Below, in pieces: positions 1 to 12,736 of a DNA stretch of 64,000 nucleotides. Position numbers and translations under genes: made by a program. Source of the stretch: Nymphaea colorata (Eukaryota); assembly GCF_008831285.2 (NCBI RefSeq), contig NC_045138.2:6944001-7008000 (forward strand), in the 5' to 3' direction. Positions within the stretch are counted from its first letter, which is position 1; every line of letters begins with the position of its first letter. Under the pieces are notes generated by a model. It ran no database searches, was not told the DNA's origin, and saw nothing but the letters and a program-made list of their open reading frames with translations.

Positions 1-1303
1 GTCTTCATGCAGGGCATGGTTCATAGCAAATCTTCTTCAGGTTCCAGTGCAGCTTCAGAGAAAGAAAAAGAGGGGGGCTGACGTGGACCCTATGAGTCTT
101 TAAACCATAATTTTTTTACATACACGGATTGTAATGTTCCATTTTGTTTTTTACAGCTTTCCCAATTTTAAAACATCAAAAAGCACATGCATATTGATGG
201 TGTTTTCCTTGCCCCCAGAAGGATACATTTTTTTGTTCTCACAATAATATTGCAATAATTGATAAATTCGTTTTGGCATAAATAAAAAATCTCACAATAT
301 TTTCCCCATAACCACGTCTTTTTAATTTTTGGCAATAAATGGTAAATTGAAAAACTTAGCAATATTTGTGACTATGGTTAAGACACATGAATCATAAAAA
401 CATAAATGCATCCTGCAAAATACGACGTTATTGGAAGCTGCTTTCTAGTTTATACATAAATGCTCGTTGTCTGGAATATTCAGCTAAATTACTTGAGGGT
501 TCCCAATGTGTGAAGAATGTTGACTTTATGGGATGCTTGGTCCTTTGTGTTTGGTTCCATGACTTTTGTTGATAAATAATTTCAAACCATTTATCCTTTC
601 CTCTCTTATATTCTACTCATTTTAACTCCTTATATGTGTTTGTCAAGTGAAAATCTTCTCTTTGGGATGAATGAAGTTGAGGTTCTACAATCTATTGATT
701 GAATCCCTTTCTTGTTGCTGATTGGATTTGCCTGTGGACTCGACTACCCATGTTTTACAGCCCCCAAGGCATTTTTCGTGTGATTTTGTAATCTATGAAA
801 TTGAAATTAAAAAAAAAAACATCCATGTGCTAAGGTTTGTTATTTTTTTAAAATGGTCAGCTTGTGGATCTTCGCCATTGACTTGGTTATGAAGCATTGA
901 ACAATTTGAAAGGAAAATTGTTCCCAAAAGTACTGTCATATGCATAACAAACTGTAGCTATATACATGCAATTAATATTAATTTTTCAACTGTCAGCTTG
1001 ATATTTTTGAACTTTCCATAGTGAGATAATAAATGAGAGGATAGCTGGTGCTTGTGCTTGATGTTCATATTAGTCGACCTTGTCAAATTCTAACCTTCAA
1101 GGCGTCTTTTGAAATGATATTCTGCCGACAATGGTAAACTGTTTGTGCTTTCTAAAGTAAAATGTTTTCCTCCGCTAGGTAAATCTTGCTCATCTGACTG
1201 TTGCAGGACTTTCATTTTCTGTAAACTGCTGATCTTGGATTTTGGAATGAGCCCATCGTAGGTAGTCTTCTTAGGTTTGCTTCATGTGTTATGTTTATCT
1301 CAG

Positions 1304-1380
1304 GCTGTTGCTGGGAGATATACGTCAGGGCTGAGATGAAGAAGGCAGCTCGCGAGAAAGAGCAGACTCATGATGGCTAA
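1304..1380 (+). CDS. Probable terminal coding exon of an unidentified gene starting upstream of the window (..GCCWEIYVRAEMKKAAREKEQTHDG*)
   Basis: T-rich tract and CAG acceptor at 1301-1303, open frame to TAA at 1378-1380, AATAAA at 1442-1447. Product not recognised. Confidence 0.35.
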
Positions 1381-2699
1381 TGATGCTTGTTCTTTGCGAG
1401 CCTATCAAGTTCGTTTGCTGTTGGTGTGTCTGTGTACTGCTAATAAAAGTAATACCCTGCTACAAAACAGTTTTTGAAGTCATATAGGCACCCCAGACCT
1501 GTCTGTGGCAGACATGTTCTATATGGAGCTTGACTTACGGTACTGTGTATGTCTATTGCTACTACATTTCACCTTGTTGCGTCAATAATACTTTGTGAAA
1601 CCATCGTCCCTTCTTTGTCTCTGCAACTTAAAGAGTCTTTTTTTTTTAATGTTTCTAGTTTAAATCTTGTCAAACATGTGCGGGTGCTTCAGATCTACTT
1701 TCTATTGCGGAAAAGAGTAAAATCTCTATATACAAGTTGAAAATTTACCGTTGGCTCCACAATTTTCACAAAATTATAGACCGTGGTGCATGGTGGCAGC
1801 ATTGTGGTCACCTGCTTAAACTAGCAACCATGCCATATGGACCAGATCTCTCTAATTTGTGCCAATCCATGCACCTTGGGAACTTCTGCAGATAGGTGTT
1901 TACATTCTCATTGACCTGTTCTTTTTCGCTTTCTGGAGTGGATGCTAAGAAGTTCTGCGATTCACTAATCTTGATTCAAAAAGTTTTGACTTCGAAGCTC
2001 TTCTCAATTCCTCACCCTTCGCTGGCAACGTTGCCATGATGGAGAGATGTGAACTGAGAAAGAAGACTCTGGGATGTGGCTGTATGCCTCTGATAATGGA
2101 ATGAAAGAAAGTTAAGATCCTTGCTGTGTCTGACGAGTATTTATGTGAGCGAAGTACTCTTTTAGTATTGTGGCAACATGAGTAGACCAAGAATGCCAGG
2201 TTGTTACGAGTTCAAAACTCACAAAGGGCATGTGAAAGCTAATGATCTTAAATCCACGAATCTATATCTAACATAACAATGATCCAGACCTAACAATTAA
2301 AGACCTGTTAAGTCAGACCGAAGATCTGTACGTTAAAAAATTAAGGAAACCCACAAATAGTAAAAACAATCTGACGGTCTTATGGTCAAGTAAGACATGT
2401 TGGATAGTAGTCCTGATCTCTACATCTTCAAGGGAGCTGATCTCTGAAACTTATTTTTCGGTCCAAATATGTGATTCATAGCCCTCCTAAACCCTATTAT
2501 ATGCAAATGGCACCCTTGCTTAATTTTGGGCTAGGGCAAAACCAGACCCTTTCACATCTGGACTATGGATTGAGCTCGAGCATTGGCCTTCTACCCCCAA
2601 ACCTCAGTTTAGGGTCCTACTTATCCCTATTTGGATCCAACGTCTACTTTAGTGAATAGCCTGGTCTAGGTCGAATTGGGTCACCAAAACCCCATTCCC

Positions 2700-3720
2700 A
2701 TGCCTCTCACAAACCCATACTTAAATCCAAACCCATATACATCCAAACTTTCAACCTACCCAAGCCTAGAATTATCAGAACCCAAATCCATACTCTGCAA
2801 CTCAACCGAATGTCCAGACACAATTTAACCTCTATCCAAATCTATCTATTCCTCTGTATCAAAACCCAAACCATACCCCGTTCCACCTTCCACCACACCC
2901 AATAGTAGGGCTGGGCACCTGGTATCCAAAAAAAAAAAAAAAAAAAAAAAACGTTTTATTAGGGAGCCTAATTCCATTAGAGGGGAGAAACTTGGTAAAG
3001 TGTGAAGCCTTGTCAGGTTGTTGTTAACTTGTTATCACCTCAAATTTTTCAAAAAGACTATATTCTATATATTTGGACAGATTTCTGTAATTTTGATCCA
3101 TTTCTCCTTGGACTTGATAAGTGATCACATGTGTAGCACATTTCAATCTCGGACCTTAGGCCCAAGATCAATCCCAATCTAGACTTTGAATCCTATCCAA
3201 ATCCCAGATCTATATCCAAGACAAACCCCTAGGTCCATATCCAACACTAAATTCCAGCTTTAGGTACAAAATAGACCCTTAGATCCACATTCAAATCCAA
3301 GTCTCAGCCACAGATTCAAAATAGATCCTTAGGTCCATATCCAAATCTAAATCTCAATCATAGATCCAAAACAGAACCTTAGATCATATCCAAATTCAAA
3401 TCTCAGCCCCAGATCCAAAACAGATCATCAGATCCATATTCATAACCTATCCCCATCCATATCCGAATCCAAATTAAAGGCACAGATCTAAAATCTAATA
3501 TCAGATCCAGATTTATATCCAAATCCAAGCCCTAGATACAAAATCACACCCCAATCTGAAAAACAAAGCCAAAGTCCGTAATTAAACCTAGAAAGCAGAA
3601 TCATGGCCAAATTAAGAAACTTGATCCATAAAACCATTCATAAATCTAAATTAAATCCAAAACCAAAATTATGATCCAAACCAAAATTTCAATTCAAAAT
3701 CTAAATCGAGGTTAGGATAT
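2700..3720. repeat. Degenerate ATCCA/AGATCC/AAATCC short-motif region, probably decayed DNA-transposon subterminal repeats
   Basis: Dense imperfect repeats of (A)AATCC(A) and AGATCC. Similar tracts at about 4510-4750, 31013-31390, 36680-37060 and 40040-40460. Confidence 0.5.
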
Positions 3721-6700
3721 CAATTTCCGACACTATTTGGAGCTCCGCGCCTAACTTTTTTGTTTTTCTTAAATTCAATCTCGCCTCAAAAAATTTAAAC
3801 TGTATTTAAAATATATTTTGATCCCAAAACACTTATCTAACTCATAATCTGGGCCTTCGGCGTCGATAGGGACGTTGACATGGTTAACATTATATTAACA
3901 ACTTATTACCTATCCCGTTAATTTTTTGCTAAAAAATTAATTTAAATTAAATATAAACATCTTAATATATTTATGAAAACTATTTTCATATAAAATATGC
4001 TTTGATTCAAGTTGTTTTTATAAGAAATGTAGTTTTCTTAATTATTAAAATGTTGTTTTTATGGAGGCCATTCATTTTTTTATTGTAAAAAACCTATTAA
4101 AGTCTAACAAATGACCAACTTAATATATATTTTTCATCAACATATTCTTAATATCAATAAAATTAGCTTGCCAAAAAAAAAAAAACATTTTATAGGTACC
4201 GCAGATTCTGTACGCAATTACTTTTTACACACTTTTTTCCATCAAGTGCAGAGAAAGGTAGATGATGATTATGTTTAAGTCCATTAAATTGATGTGATGA
4301 GATCCATATCCAATGTACTACATGCGTAGCAAACAGAAAAACTTCCCCACAAAAAGTTTGTGTCAAACATTTTTTGTTTTAAATCGAAATATTACCACGT
4401 TGAGCAATGGGGAGCAATTTTTTATATCAATATTGAAAACATTTTACCCATGGATAAATAAATAAAATATCTTGGCTATTCGATTAAGAATTCAGATCAT
4501 CGTATCGGGATACAAGAAATGACACCCGGTCGGATTCTAACCTAAATAAACATTGAGCAAGATCGGATTTGGATTCAAGTAGTATATTGTTTTAAATAAA
4601 TATATGGTTTGGTTTTGGTTCAAAAATCAGATTGGGATTAGGATGTTAATATAAAAATCAGATTCGGATTGGATTCAAATTACCAATTTAGAATTTCGGA
4701 TATGATATAGGATTTTGTTTTTCATCCGAATTTAAATATGAATTAGAATAGGAAGACATAGAAAAGCAAATAAGATAAAGTATGCATCCAGTTAGTTATA
4801 ATCGTCACTTGCATGCTGCGAATCGAAATTCACCTTTATATTAACTTGTCACGATAATCAGTTTGTTGCCCGTAGAACTTGGAATAATTTTCTCTTCTTC
4901 CAAAAGAAAATAGGAAAAAATATTATCTAACAAATTTTTATTAAGGATCTACTTTTTATGACCCTGGAGGAAAATTGTTGAACATCAATGAGAAATAACG
5001 TCTCGAAGTTTTAAAGACAAGGTTTTTCTCAAATATAATACGGCGAACTTAAAAATGAGAAAAATATGAAAAAAAATATTTTATATTTTAAAAATTTTAA
5101 AAAACTAAAAATAAGGAGTAAAATAAAATAAGTGAGAAACTAATAACACAAACATCAAAAGATAAAGTAGATTTTCAACAAAAATAAAAATAAAAAAATG
5201 TTTGGCATTAAAAAAACTGAAAAAAAGTGAAAAATCGGGTTAAAAACGTGTTTTTTTTCATTTTTAATGTTTTTTTTCAAAAAAATGCATTTTTTAAATT
5301 TTTAAATGGCCATTTAATTTATTGCGTTTTTGTCCAAAAAAACGTGTTTTCTGTGACTATTTATTTATGAGACCACAGTGAATAAAATGTCTGTTCAAAA
5401 TAATATGCAGACAAAATTGGCCGAACTGATAAGAAATGGTCAATTTGATTTAAGTGGCCAAGATCTGAAGTATACCCATCTCGCTCTATCTGTGAAACCA
5501 TTTAGCAACGTAAAGCTACAGCGAGAAAGAGAGAGAGAACGGAAAGCTCTTTGATTTAGGGAATATCAACATGACATAAGAACTGAATGGCTAATAACAA
5601 AGAAGCAGAGTGTATAGTCAACTAGTAAGAACGATGCTTGACATGGAATATGCCAAATTGGTGGCTTTCAACATGTTGGATTCATATGGAAAATGCCAAA
5701 TTATAACGCGTTCCATATTGACAAAAGGATCCTGGAATGGACAATTTCGGCCGCATGTAGGGGTGAAAAGATAGGTGGAGTTTCCGTGGGGCGTGTGCTT
5801 ATAGAGCTACTTTAAAACCTTAAATTTACAGTTGCATCTTAAATTTACAGTTGCATTTAGGTGCAGTCAGTTCAGTTGTATGAGGCAGTCTACTAGACCC
5901 AGGTCACTGCTCTATGAACCTGCGTGGATTTAGTTTTTAAATATATATTCACTGTCACATGGAAAATTTTTTTTTGGCTCCGCCATTAAATGCCACGGAT
6001 TTAAGACTTGACATGTCTTTTTGTCGACAAACGATCATGAATCACGCAATAAGCCAAGTTAAACCGTCGGAAGAGAGCAAGTGATTAAGAAACTAGGAGC
6101 GTCGCAATAATTAGCGACCCTTGCATTTTAATGACTCAGATCTCTGGCAACGAATCTTTTTCAAATTGAATGGATATATATGATATGGTCGTTTTGAAGA
6201 ATTAGGCTGTTTCGTGTTTGCTCTTTAGGAGGCACACAGTGTTGTTCTACCAGCAATGTCAGGCAGGCACACCACCGTCTTCTTAATTACTACTCTCCTC
6301 CTCATCCCCCCTTACATGTGCTCATAAAGATCTGGAGGTTACGCAACCACCAGCAGCTTCAGCGGTACTCTGCCACTTGAACCAGAGTTCAGCACTCCTT
6401 CGATTCAAGCACAGGATTAGTAAATTTCTCTCTCCAGGAGAACTGAGTTCATGGGAGGGGAATGGGTCTGACTGCTGCCGTTGGGAAGGCATCACTTGCC
6501 ACAGCATTACCGGCTTTGTTATTAAACTGCAGATACCTGAAGTTACAGATGGTGATATCATCGGCAGCATCGACCCATCCTTGTTTGAGCTTAAACAACT
6601 CCAGCTTCTAGATCTCAGCTACAATGGGTTCAACGGTAGCATCCCCAAGGGACTCGTGGAACTCACCCGCCTCACTCACCTCGACCTGTCTTACTGTCGC

Positions 6701-6826
6701 TTCACAGGGCAAATTCCAGAACAATTATTGGAAATGACATGGTTGATCTCTCTGAATCTCTCTAGGAATGACGGGGGCCTGCAACTCCAGCGACCTAATT
6801 TCACAGCGCTTGTCAGAGGGTTAGTC

Positions 6827-7294
6827 TGATGGGATTTCTCCCCATAAAGCATATACAAAACCAAACGTATATACCCTAAACAGGATCATGCTCATACTAA
6901 ATCATTGAAACAAACAAAACCTTAAACTGAAGCGGAAGCGTACCTGAATCCATCTGATCTGGTGCACGGGAAGATCGCAGCAAGGTCTTCCAGGGTACGT
7001 GCGGTGCGCGTGAGGTCTCTCTCAGATGGGGAAGAGAAAACCCTAGAAACCAAAAGCAACTGTTCGCACGACCCCAGGGACCACTACCATTATATAATGA
7101 GGACAATTACGGATTCAACCCATCAAAGAGTCCGTAATTGCGTACTAGTATCTATACATTTCAAAATTACCCCATACCATCTAAAATGACGTAATATCCT
7201 AAAATGCAATCACTTAAGCAGATATTTACGTTAAGACAACCATAATGTCTGAAATTCATCATAGACATAAGCCGGCCCATCAAATGATCTTACA
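6827..7294 (-). repeat. Copia 3' LTR (468 bp)
   Basis: Direct repeat of 12269-12736 with 11 substitutions and no indels by manual count; adjacent to the PPT. Confidence 0.95.
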
Positions 7295-7304
7295 ATCTCC
7301 CACT
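7295..7304 (-). other. Copia polypurine tract (AGTGGGAGAT)
   Basis: Plus-strand ATCTCCCACT directly abuts the 3' LTR. Confidence 0.85.
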
Positions 7305-7696
7305 TGGGCCAAATATGTCTTTGTACATTCAGACATTACATAAAACTTTAGGAGCTCATAATTGCTATCTTATTAAACGTCATTTCACCAATCTCGTCCA
7401 TGATCATATCAACACAGAACCAAAGCGGCTTTCACTATAATAAAATTAGCTAAACCTTCAATGATCACAAATGTTAACATAATCAATGACATAGATCTGA
7501 TATGAATGTATAGCATGAGAATTACATGTAATGTGATTACAACATGTCTATTCTCAACTGGTCCAACTTTAAAACCTTATGGAGATAAAAAACATAAGCA
7601 CATAAACACAGAATGGAACCAAAGAACTTTAAACTTTATTCTGCAGAAAACCGAATACATGTCCATACATTAGAGCAAACAAAATACAAACTCTCA

Positions 7697-10367
7697 CTAA
7701 ACCAGCACATCATCCAAGGATAACACTCCATACGAACACATGTTCGTGAAAGACCTTATGTCTTAAACCCTTGGTAAGCGGATCCGTAATCATAGAGTTT
7801 GTCCCAATATGCTATAAAGACACGTGACCATTCTGTATTCCCTCTTTAACAGCCCAAAAACTTAATGTCGATGTGCTTCGACTTTGACAAACTGTGGCTG
7901 TTATAAGAGTACATGACTGCTGAATTATTGTCACACAACAACCTTAGTGGTCTTTCTACACTATACATAATGCGCAACCCCGTGACAAAATTCTGCAATC
8001 ACAAAACTTGATTGAATACCATTATCTTGGCACCTAGCAAAGTCAGAATCTGAATACCCAATGATCTCCCACTGGTCTGACTTCTTGTATGTGAGCATAA
8101 AACCTTATGTTCTTTTTTAAGTACCTCAAAACTCCTTTGGCTGCTTTCTAATGACCCATACCAGGATCACTTAAGTATCTGCTTAACATTCCAATGATAA
8201 ATGCAATATCCAAACGAGTACAAACCTGAACATACATAAGGCTTCACACAACAGACAAATAGGGAATCATTTCCATTTCTATAGATTCGATTTTACTTTT
8301 AGGGCACTGTTTGAGTCTAAACTTGTCTCCTTTAGCAACTGGAGTCTTTCATGGTTTACAATCCTTCATGTCATATCGCTGAAGCACCTTATCAATGTAG
8401 GCCTTTTGTGATGATCCAAGAATACCCCGAGAATGGTCTCGAAATGTTTGGATCCTCAATACAAAAGATGCACAACCAAGATCCTTCATGTCAAACTTTG
8501 TTGACTAAAAATCTTAGTTTCATGCAATATGCCAACATCATTACTTGCCAACAATATATCATTGACATATAAAACCAGAAAGATAAATTTGCCCCCACTG
8601 AACTTTTGGTATACACATTCATCAACCATATTAATTTCGAAACCAAATGAAACTATATCTTGATGAAGTTTGTAATACCATTGACTGAAAAACTTGCTTT
8701 AGTCTATATATGGATTTCCTTTGTGACACCTCTACTTAATTTTCTTGAGGTTGTTGAGTTTGTTCTTCAGTATAGAGATCGACATCATTACCTTCTTCTG
8801 AATAGAGTGGACTCAGGTCCCTCTTCAAAAGCAATGTTTATAACCTGATCACCTCCCAAACTCAATATCCTCAAAGAAATGAGCATTTCCTTTTCAAAGA
8901 AAGACTTACTGAATGGATTAAAAAAAAAAAACTTATAACGCCTTAATGTTTGTTCATTTTCCCTTTATACATTCAGTACAGACATTAAAGTCTGTAAAAT
9001 CAAGGGACTCAAGAATTCCTTTTGACATAAGCCTTTATATTCTCTTTTCATAGATATGTCCTAAGCGCCAATGCCATAACATAGCATAATTCTCTTTGGC
9101 CAATTTTCTTTTAGTACCACTAAACGTAACATGCAAGGTTTCATTATATGAAGCAACCGTATCAAGCAAATAAAGGTTATCGCTACTAAACAAAGAACCA
9201 GTGGAATTCAAATTTGAATGCAAAAACTACTTAAATTTATTTTCTCCAAATGAACAATAATAACCAAATTTGTTCAGTAAGGAAATAACAACCAAATTCC
9301 GTCTAAAAGGCGGTATTACATAAGTTTCTATCAAATTCAAATAACAACCAATCTTTAACAATAACTCAAAAAATCTGTTATGGCTTCAATCTTCGCCTTC
9401 ATGTCATCGCCCTCATAGATGAATCTTTCAGCATCAATTGGCGTCCGACAATTTAAGCAGCCCTGCACAGAAACACTTATGTGAGTAGTAGCAACCGAAT
9501 CTACCCATAAGTGCCTTGGTACTGAAATTAAATTAACTTCAGAACAAACCAAAGTAAGAATCGTACCTTTCTTTTCACTCCATGCGTGATACTTAGTACA
9601 ATCCTTCTTCATATGACCTTCATCCTTGCAAAAGAAGCAGCTTGATTTGCCTTTCTTATGCTTCTTCTGTTTCTTAATGGATGCGTGATCAACTGCAATT
9701 TTCTTAAAAGTCTTCCTTTTCTTACTTTTAGGCGTAGTAGCCAAGTGAGCACTTTCTATCCTATCATGCTTCAATCTCTCCTCTTCTTCCACACAGTGCG
9801 AAATGAGCTCATTAAGAGTTCATTTCTCCTTCTGACAGTTATAACTAACTTTAAACTGTCCAAACTGTGGTGGAAGAGAAAGAAGAACCATATGCACTAT
9901 AAAGTCTTCGGGTAACCTCAGACCTAGCGCCTGTAATTTTGAAGCAAGATGAGACATTTCCATAATGTGCACTCGTATGTTCCTCTTACTTTTATACTTC
10001 AGCGTCACAAGTTTACTCAAAAGAGTGCTTGTTTCAGCCTTTTCATTTTTAGCAAAACGTTTTTCAATCTCTTCAAGGAACGCCTTGGCACTAGCCTTTT
10101 CAGTAATAGAGCCCCGAAAATTTTCTGGGATTGATCTCTTCATGATCATTAGACACATGCGGTTTGAGCGTTCCCACCGTTCAAAGTACCGCTTATCCTC
10201 ATGGAAACTTTGATCTGTTGGATGAGGTGGGCACAACTCCCTAAATGCAAGGTCTAGATCCATACAACCCAGAACAATCATAACAGTTTCTTTCCAGTCC
10301 TTAAAATTCGAACCATTTAACTCAGGAACAGTACTCAAATTTGCAGATATCATAGAAGCAGAACTCA
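7697..10367 (-). pseudogene. Degenerate copia gag-pol
   Basis: Gag (LNGSNFKDWKE..GCMDLDLA..WERSNRM, 9820-10367); zinc knuckle CFFCKDEGHMKKDC; protease-like WVDSVATTH; pre-integrase LWHWRLGH; RT motif YVDD reads YVND (8558-8569); RNase H remnant ending at 7697. Frameshifted; integrase core and 5' part of RT appear absent. Confidence 0.9.
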
Positions 10368-12253
10368 CTGTATAAAGAACAAACCAAAGCATGCTCACAA
10401 TCAAAACATGTACAAAAATGAAATAACAAACATAAATGAATTTAAATACAATGGCCTAAATCCCATCACAAGGTACCGGTGCAACGTTAATATCCAATCT
10501 TTGGATTGAAATACTAACTGCAAGTGGTATTCTTGGTCAACAATGAATATAGATAATTAACCCTGTTAAACAACGAACCTATCTTTGGATTGACTCGCTA
10601 TTCACATGGAAACCTGAAAAATTATCACATATTCATTGCCATGTATACTTAAACCTGACCAAACAACAATCCTCCTTTGGGTTGATTATTGCCCGCATGG
10701 ATCAAATATACTATCATCTAATGTTCAAAACAAGCAAATTCGTACAACAGAGGTCACTTTGGCGACATAATGTACAAACGTACTCATTTCAAACAATAGA
10801 CATGGCCAAAGATTAAATTCATAATCCAAACATTCATCTAAAGTACACACACAAATTAACAACATGCAAAACATAATGCATAAACCAAATTTTCATACAC
10901 ATATGCCCTACATTAAATCCAAAACCAAAATGATTCAATGAAATGAGCCCAAAAGAGTCCAAAATTTATAAACCAGTATCATAATCGTGCTTAAGAGGGT
11001 CAAGAACTACTGAATCCGCCTTAAAATGGCCCGTATCGTTCTTAAACCACAATTATAACACCCACATGTCCCTATATAGGGCTGAACCAGTCTTAAAGTT
11101 AGACGTATCGGTCAAAAATAGACCGTATCGGTTTTAAAACCCATTGAACCGGTTAAAATTGGCTAAAAAACGGTTCCAGAACTCAATGAACTGGTCTGAA
11201 AAGCCCTGAATCGGTCTAAATATCAAGTGAACCGGTCTGAAAATGCTAGAATCGGTTCCAAAACTGAATGAACCGGTCCCAAAGTGGTCCAAATCGGGTT
11301 TAAAAGGTCCGAACCGGCCTCTAGAAGGTCCGAACCGGTCTGAATCGGACCGAATCTGTTCTGAAACGTATTGAACCGGTCTGAAACCGAATGAACCAGT
11401 TCGAGTCTTTTCCAAAACCGGTTTAAAAAAAAATTAAACCGATTTACTTAAACCAAATGGATCCGGATCAAACGCAGGGGCTCGGGCGCGAGGCGGCAAA
11501 ATGTTTTTTTTTTTTTTAAATCACGATGGATCCGGATCGAGTCTGTCAAGACCCGACCCGGTCCGACACAGCTCGACCGCCCGAGCGTCGCGGCCGTCGC
11601 CTCCACCGCTCGCCTACCGAACGGCAGGCAGGCGATGGTCATCCACCGGCAGGCCACCCAACTTCGTGGGTGGCCGCCGGCAGGAGCCGCCTGGACGGCC
11701 GGCCGTCTCCTACCGAAAACCGGCCGTTTCCGACCGGTTTTCACCTTCTGATTTCCGCCGCTTTTCCTGGATTTGGGCAGTTGCTGAAGCGGCGAGGAGG
11801 CCACCGGTGGGTCGCCGGTGACTGTGGGTGGATGGCGGCGGGTCACACGGGCCCGTCCGGCGACAGCTGAGTCGCCGGCGGTCGCCCTCTGCCGGCCATC
11901 ACCTCTCCCTGCCTTCGCCTTTTCCCTTCCTCTTGTTTTCTTCTTTCATGGCTGCGAAGGAGACGCCGAGGGCACCGACAGGCCACCCACGGCGTGGGTG
12001 GCCGCAGGCAGCGACGCGCCCCAACGGTCGGAGGCCCGCCATCGCCCAACGGTGACAGACGCCCCCGATCCTGTCGTCCCCTTCTACGATCCTCCTCATG
12101 GCTGCAACGGAAGCCCGACGGCTTCCGTCGCACGCCCAAAAACACAAAATTTTTTTTTTTTGAAAACAATACTTGCAGCCGAAGAACAGGGAAGAACCCA
12201 ACGGGAAGACGCACAAAATCATCCAAAAATTCAACGATTTAATGAAGAACATA

Positions 12254-12266
12254 GGCTCTGATACCA
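12254..12266 (-). other. Copia primer-binding site complementary to initiator tRNA-Met (TGGTATCAGAGCC)
   Basis: Plus-strand GGCTCTGATACCA, 2 nt from the 5' LTR. Confidence 0.93.
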
Positions 12267-12268
12267 AA

Positions 12269-12736
12269 TGATGGGATTTCTCCCCATAACGCATATACAA
12301 AACCAAACGTATATACCCTAAACAGGATCATGCTTATGCTAAATCATTGAAACAAACGAAACCTTAAACTGAAGCGGAAGCGTACCTGAATCCATTTGAT
12401 CTGGTGCACGGGAAGATCGCAGCAAGGTCTTCCAGGGTACGTGCGGTGCGCGTGAGGTCTCTCTCAGATGGGGAAGAGAAAACCCTAGAAACCAAAAGCA
12501 ACTGTTCGCACGACCCCAGGGACCACTACCATTATATAATGAGGACAATTACGGATTCAACCCATCAAAGAGTCCGTAATTGCGTACTGGTATTTATACA
12601 TTTCAAAATTACCCCATACCATCTAAAATGACGTAATATCCCAAAATGCAATCACTTAAGCGGATATTTACGTTAAGACAGCCATAATGTCTGAAATTCA
12701 TCATAGACATAAGCCGGCCCACCAAATGATCTTACA
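12269..12736 (-). repeat. Copia 5' LTR (468 bp)
   Basis: TGATGG...TTACA, repeat of 6827-7294, adjacent to the PBS. Confidence 0.95.

Larger units (their letters stand above)
6827..12736 (-). mobile_element. Ty1/copia LTR retrotransposon, both LTRs present, internally deleted and non-autonomous
   Basis: TG...CA termini, perfect 5-bp TSD TAGTC (6822-6826 and 12737-12741), two 468-bp LTRs, PBS and PPT, copia order gag-PR-(IN)-RT-RH on the minus strand. Confidence 0.97.

Noticed and set aside
1945..2190. Short ORFs downstream of the first gene
   Set aside because: No recognisable domain or splice context.
10469..10800. CRISPR-like repeat-spacer reading of the regularly spaced CTTTGG motif
   Set aside because: The constant part is only about 6 nt and the intervening sequences are the two arms of hairpins; better explained as a stem-loop array (reported as a finding).
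11134..12306. Many overlapping ORFs on both strands
   Set aside because: Expected from stop-poor GC-rich and repetitive copia leader sequence; no recognisable domains.
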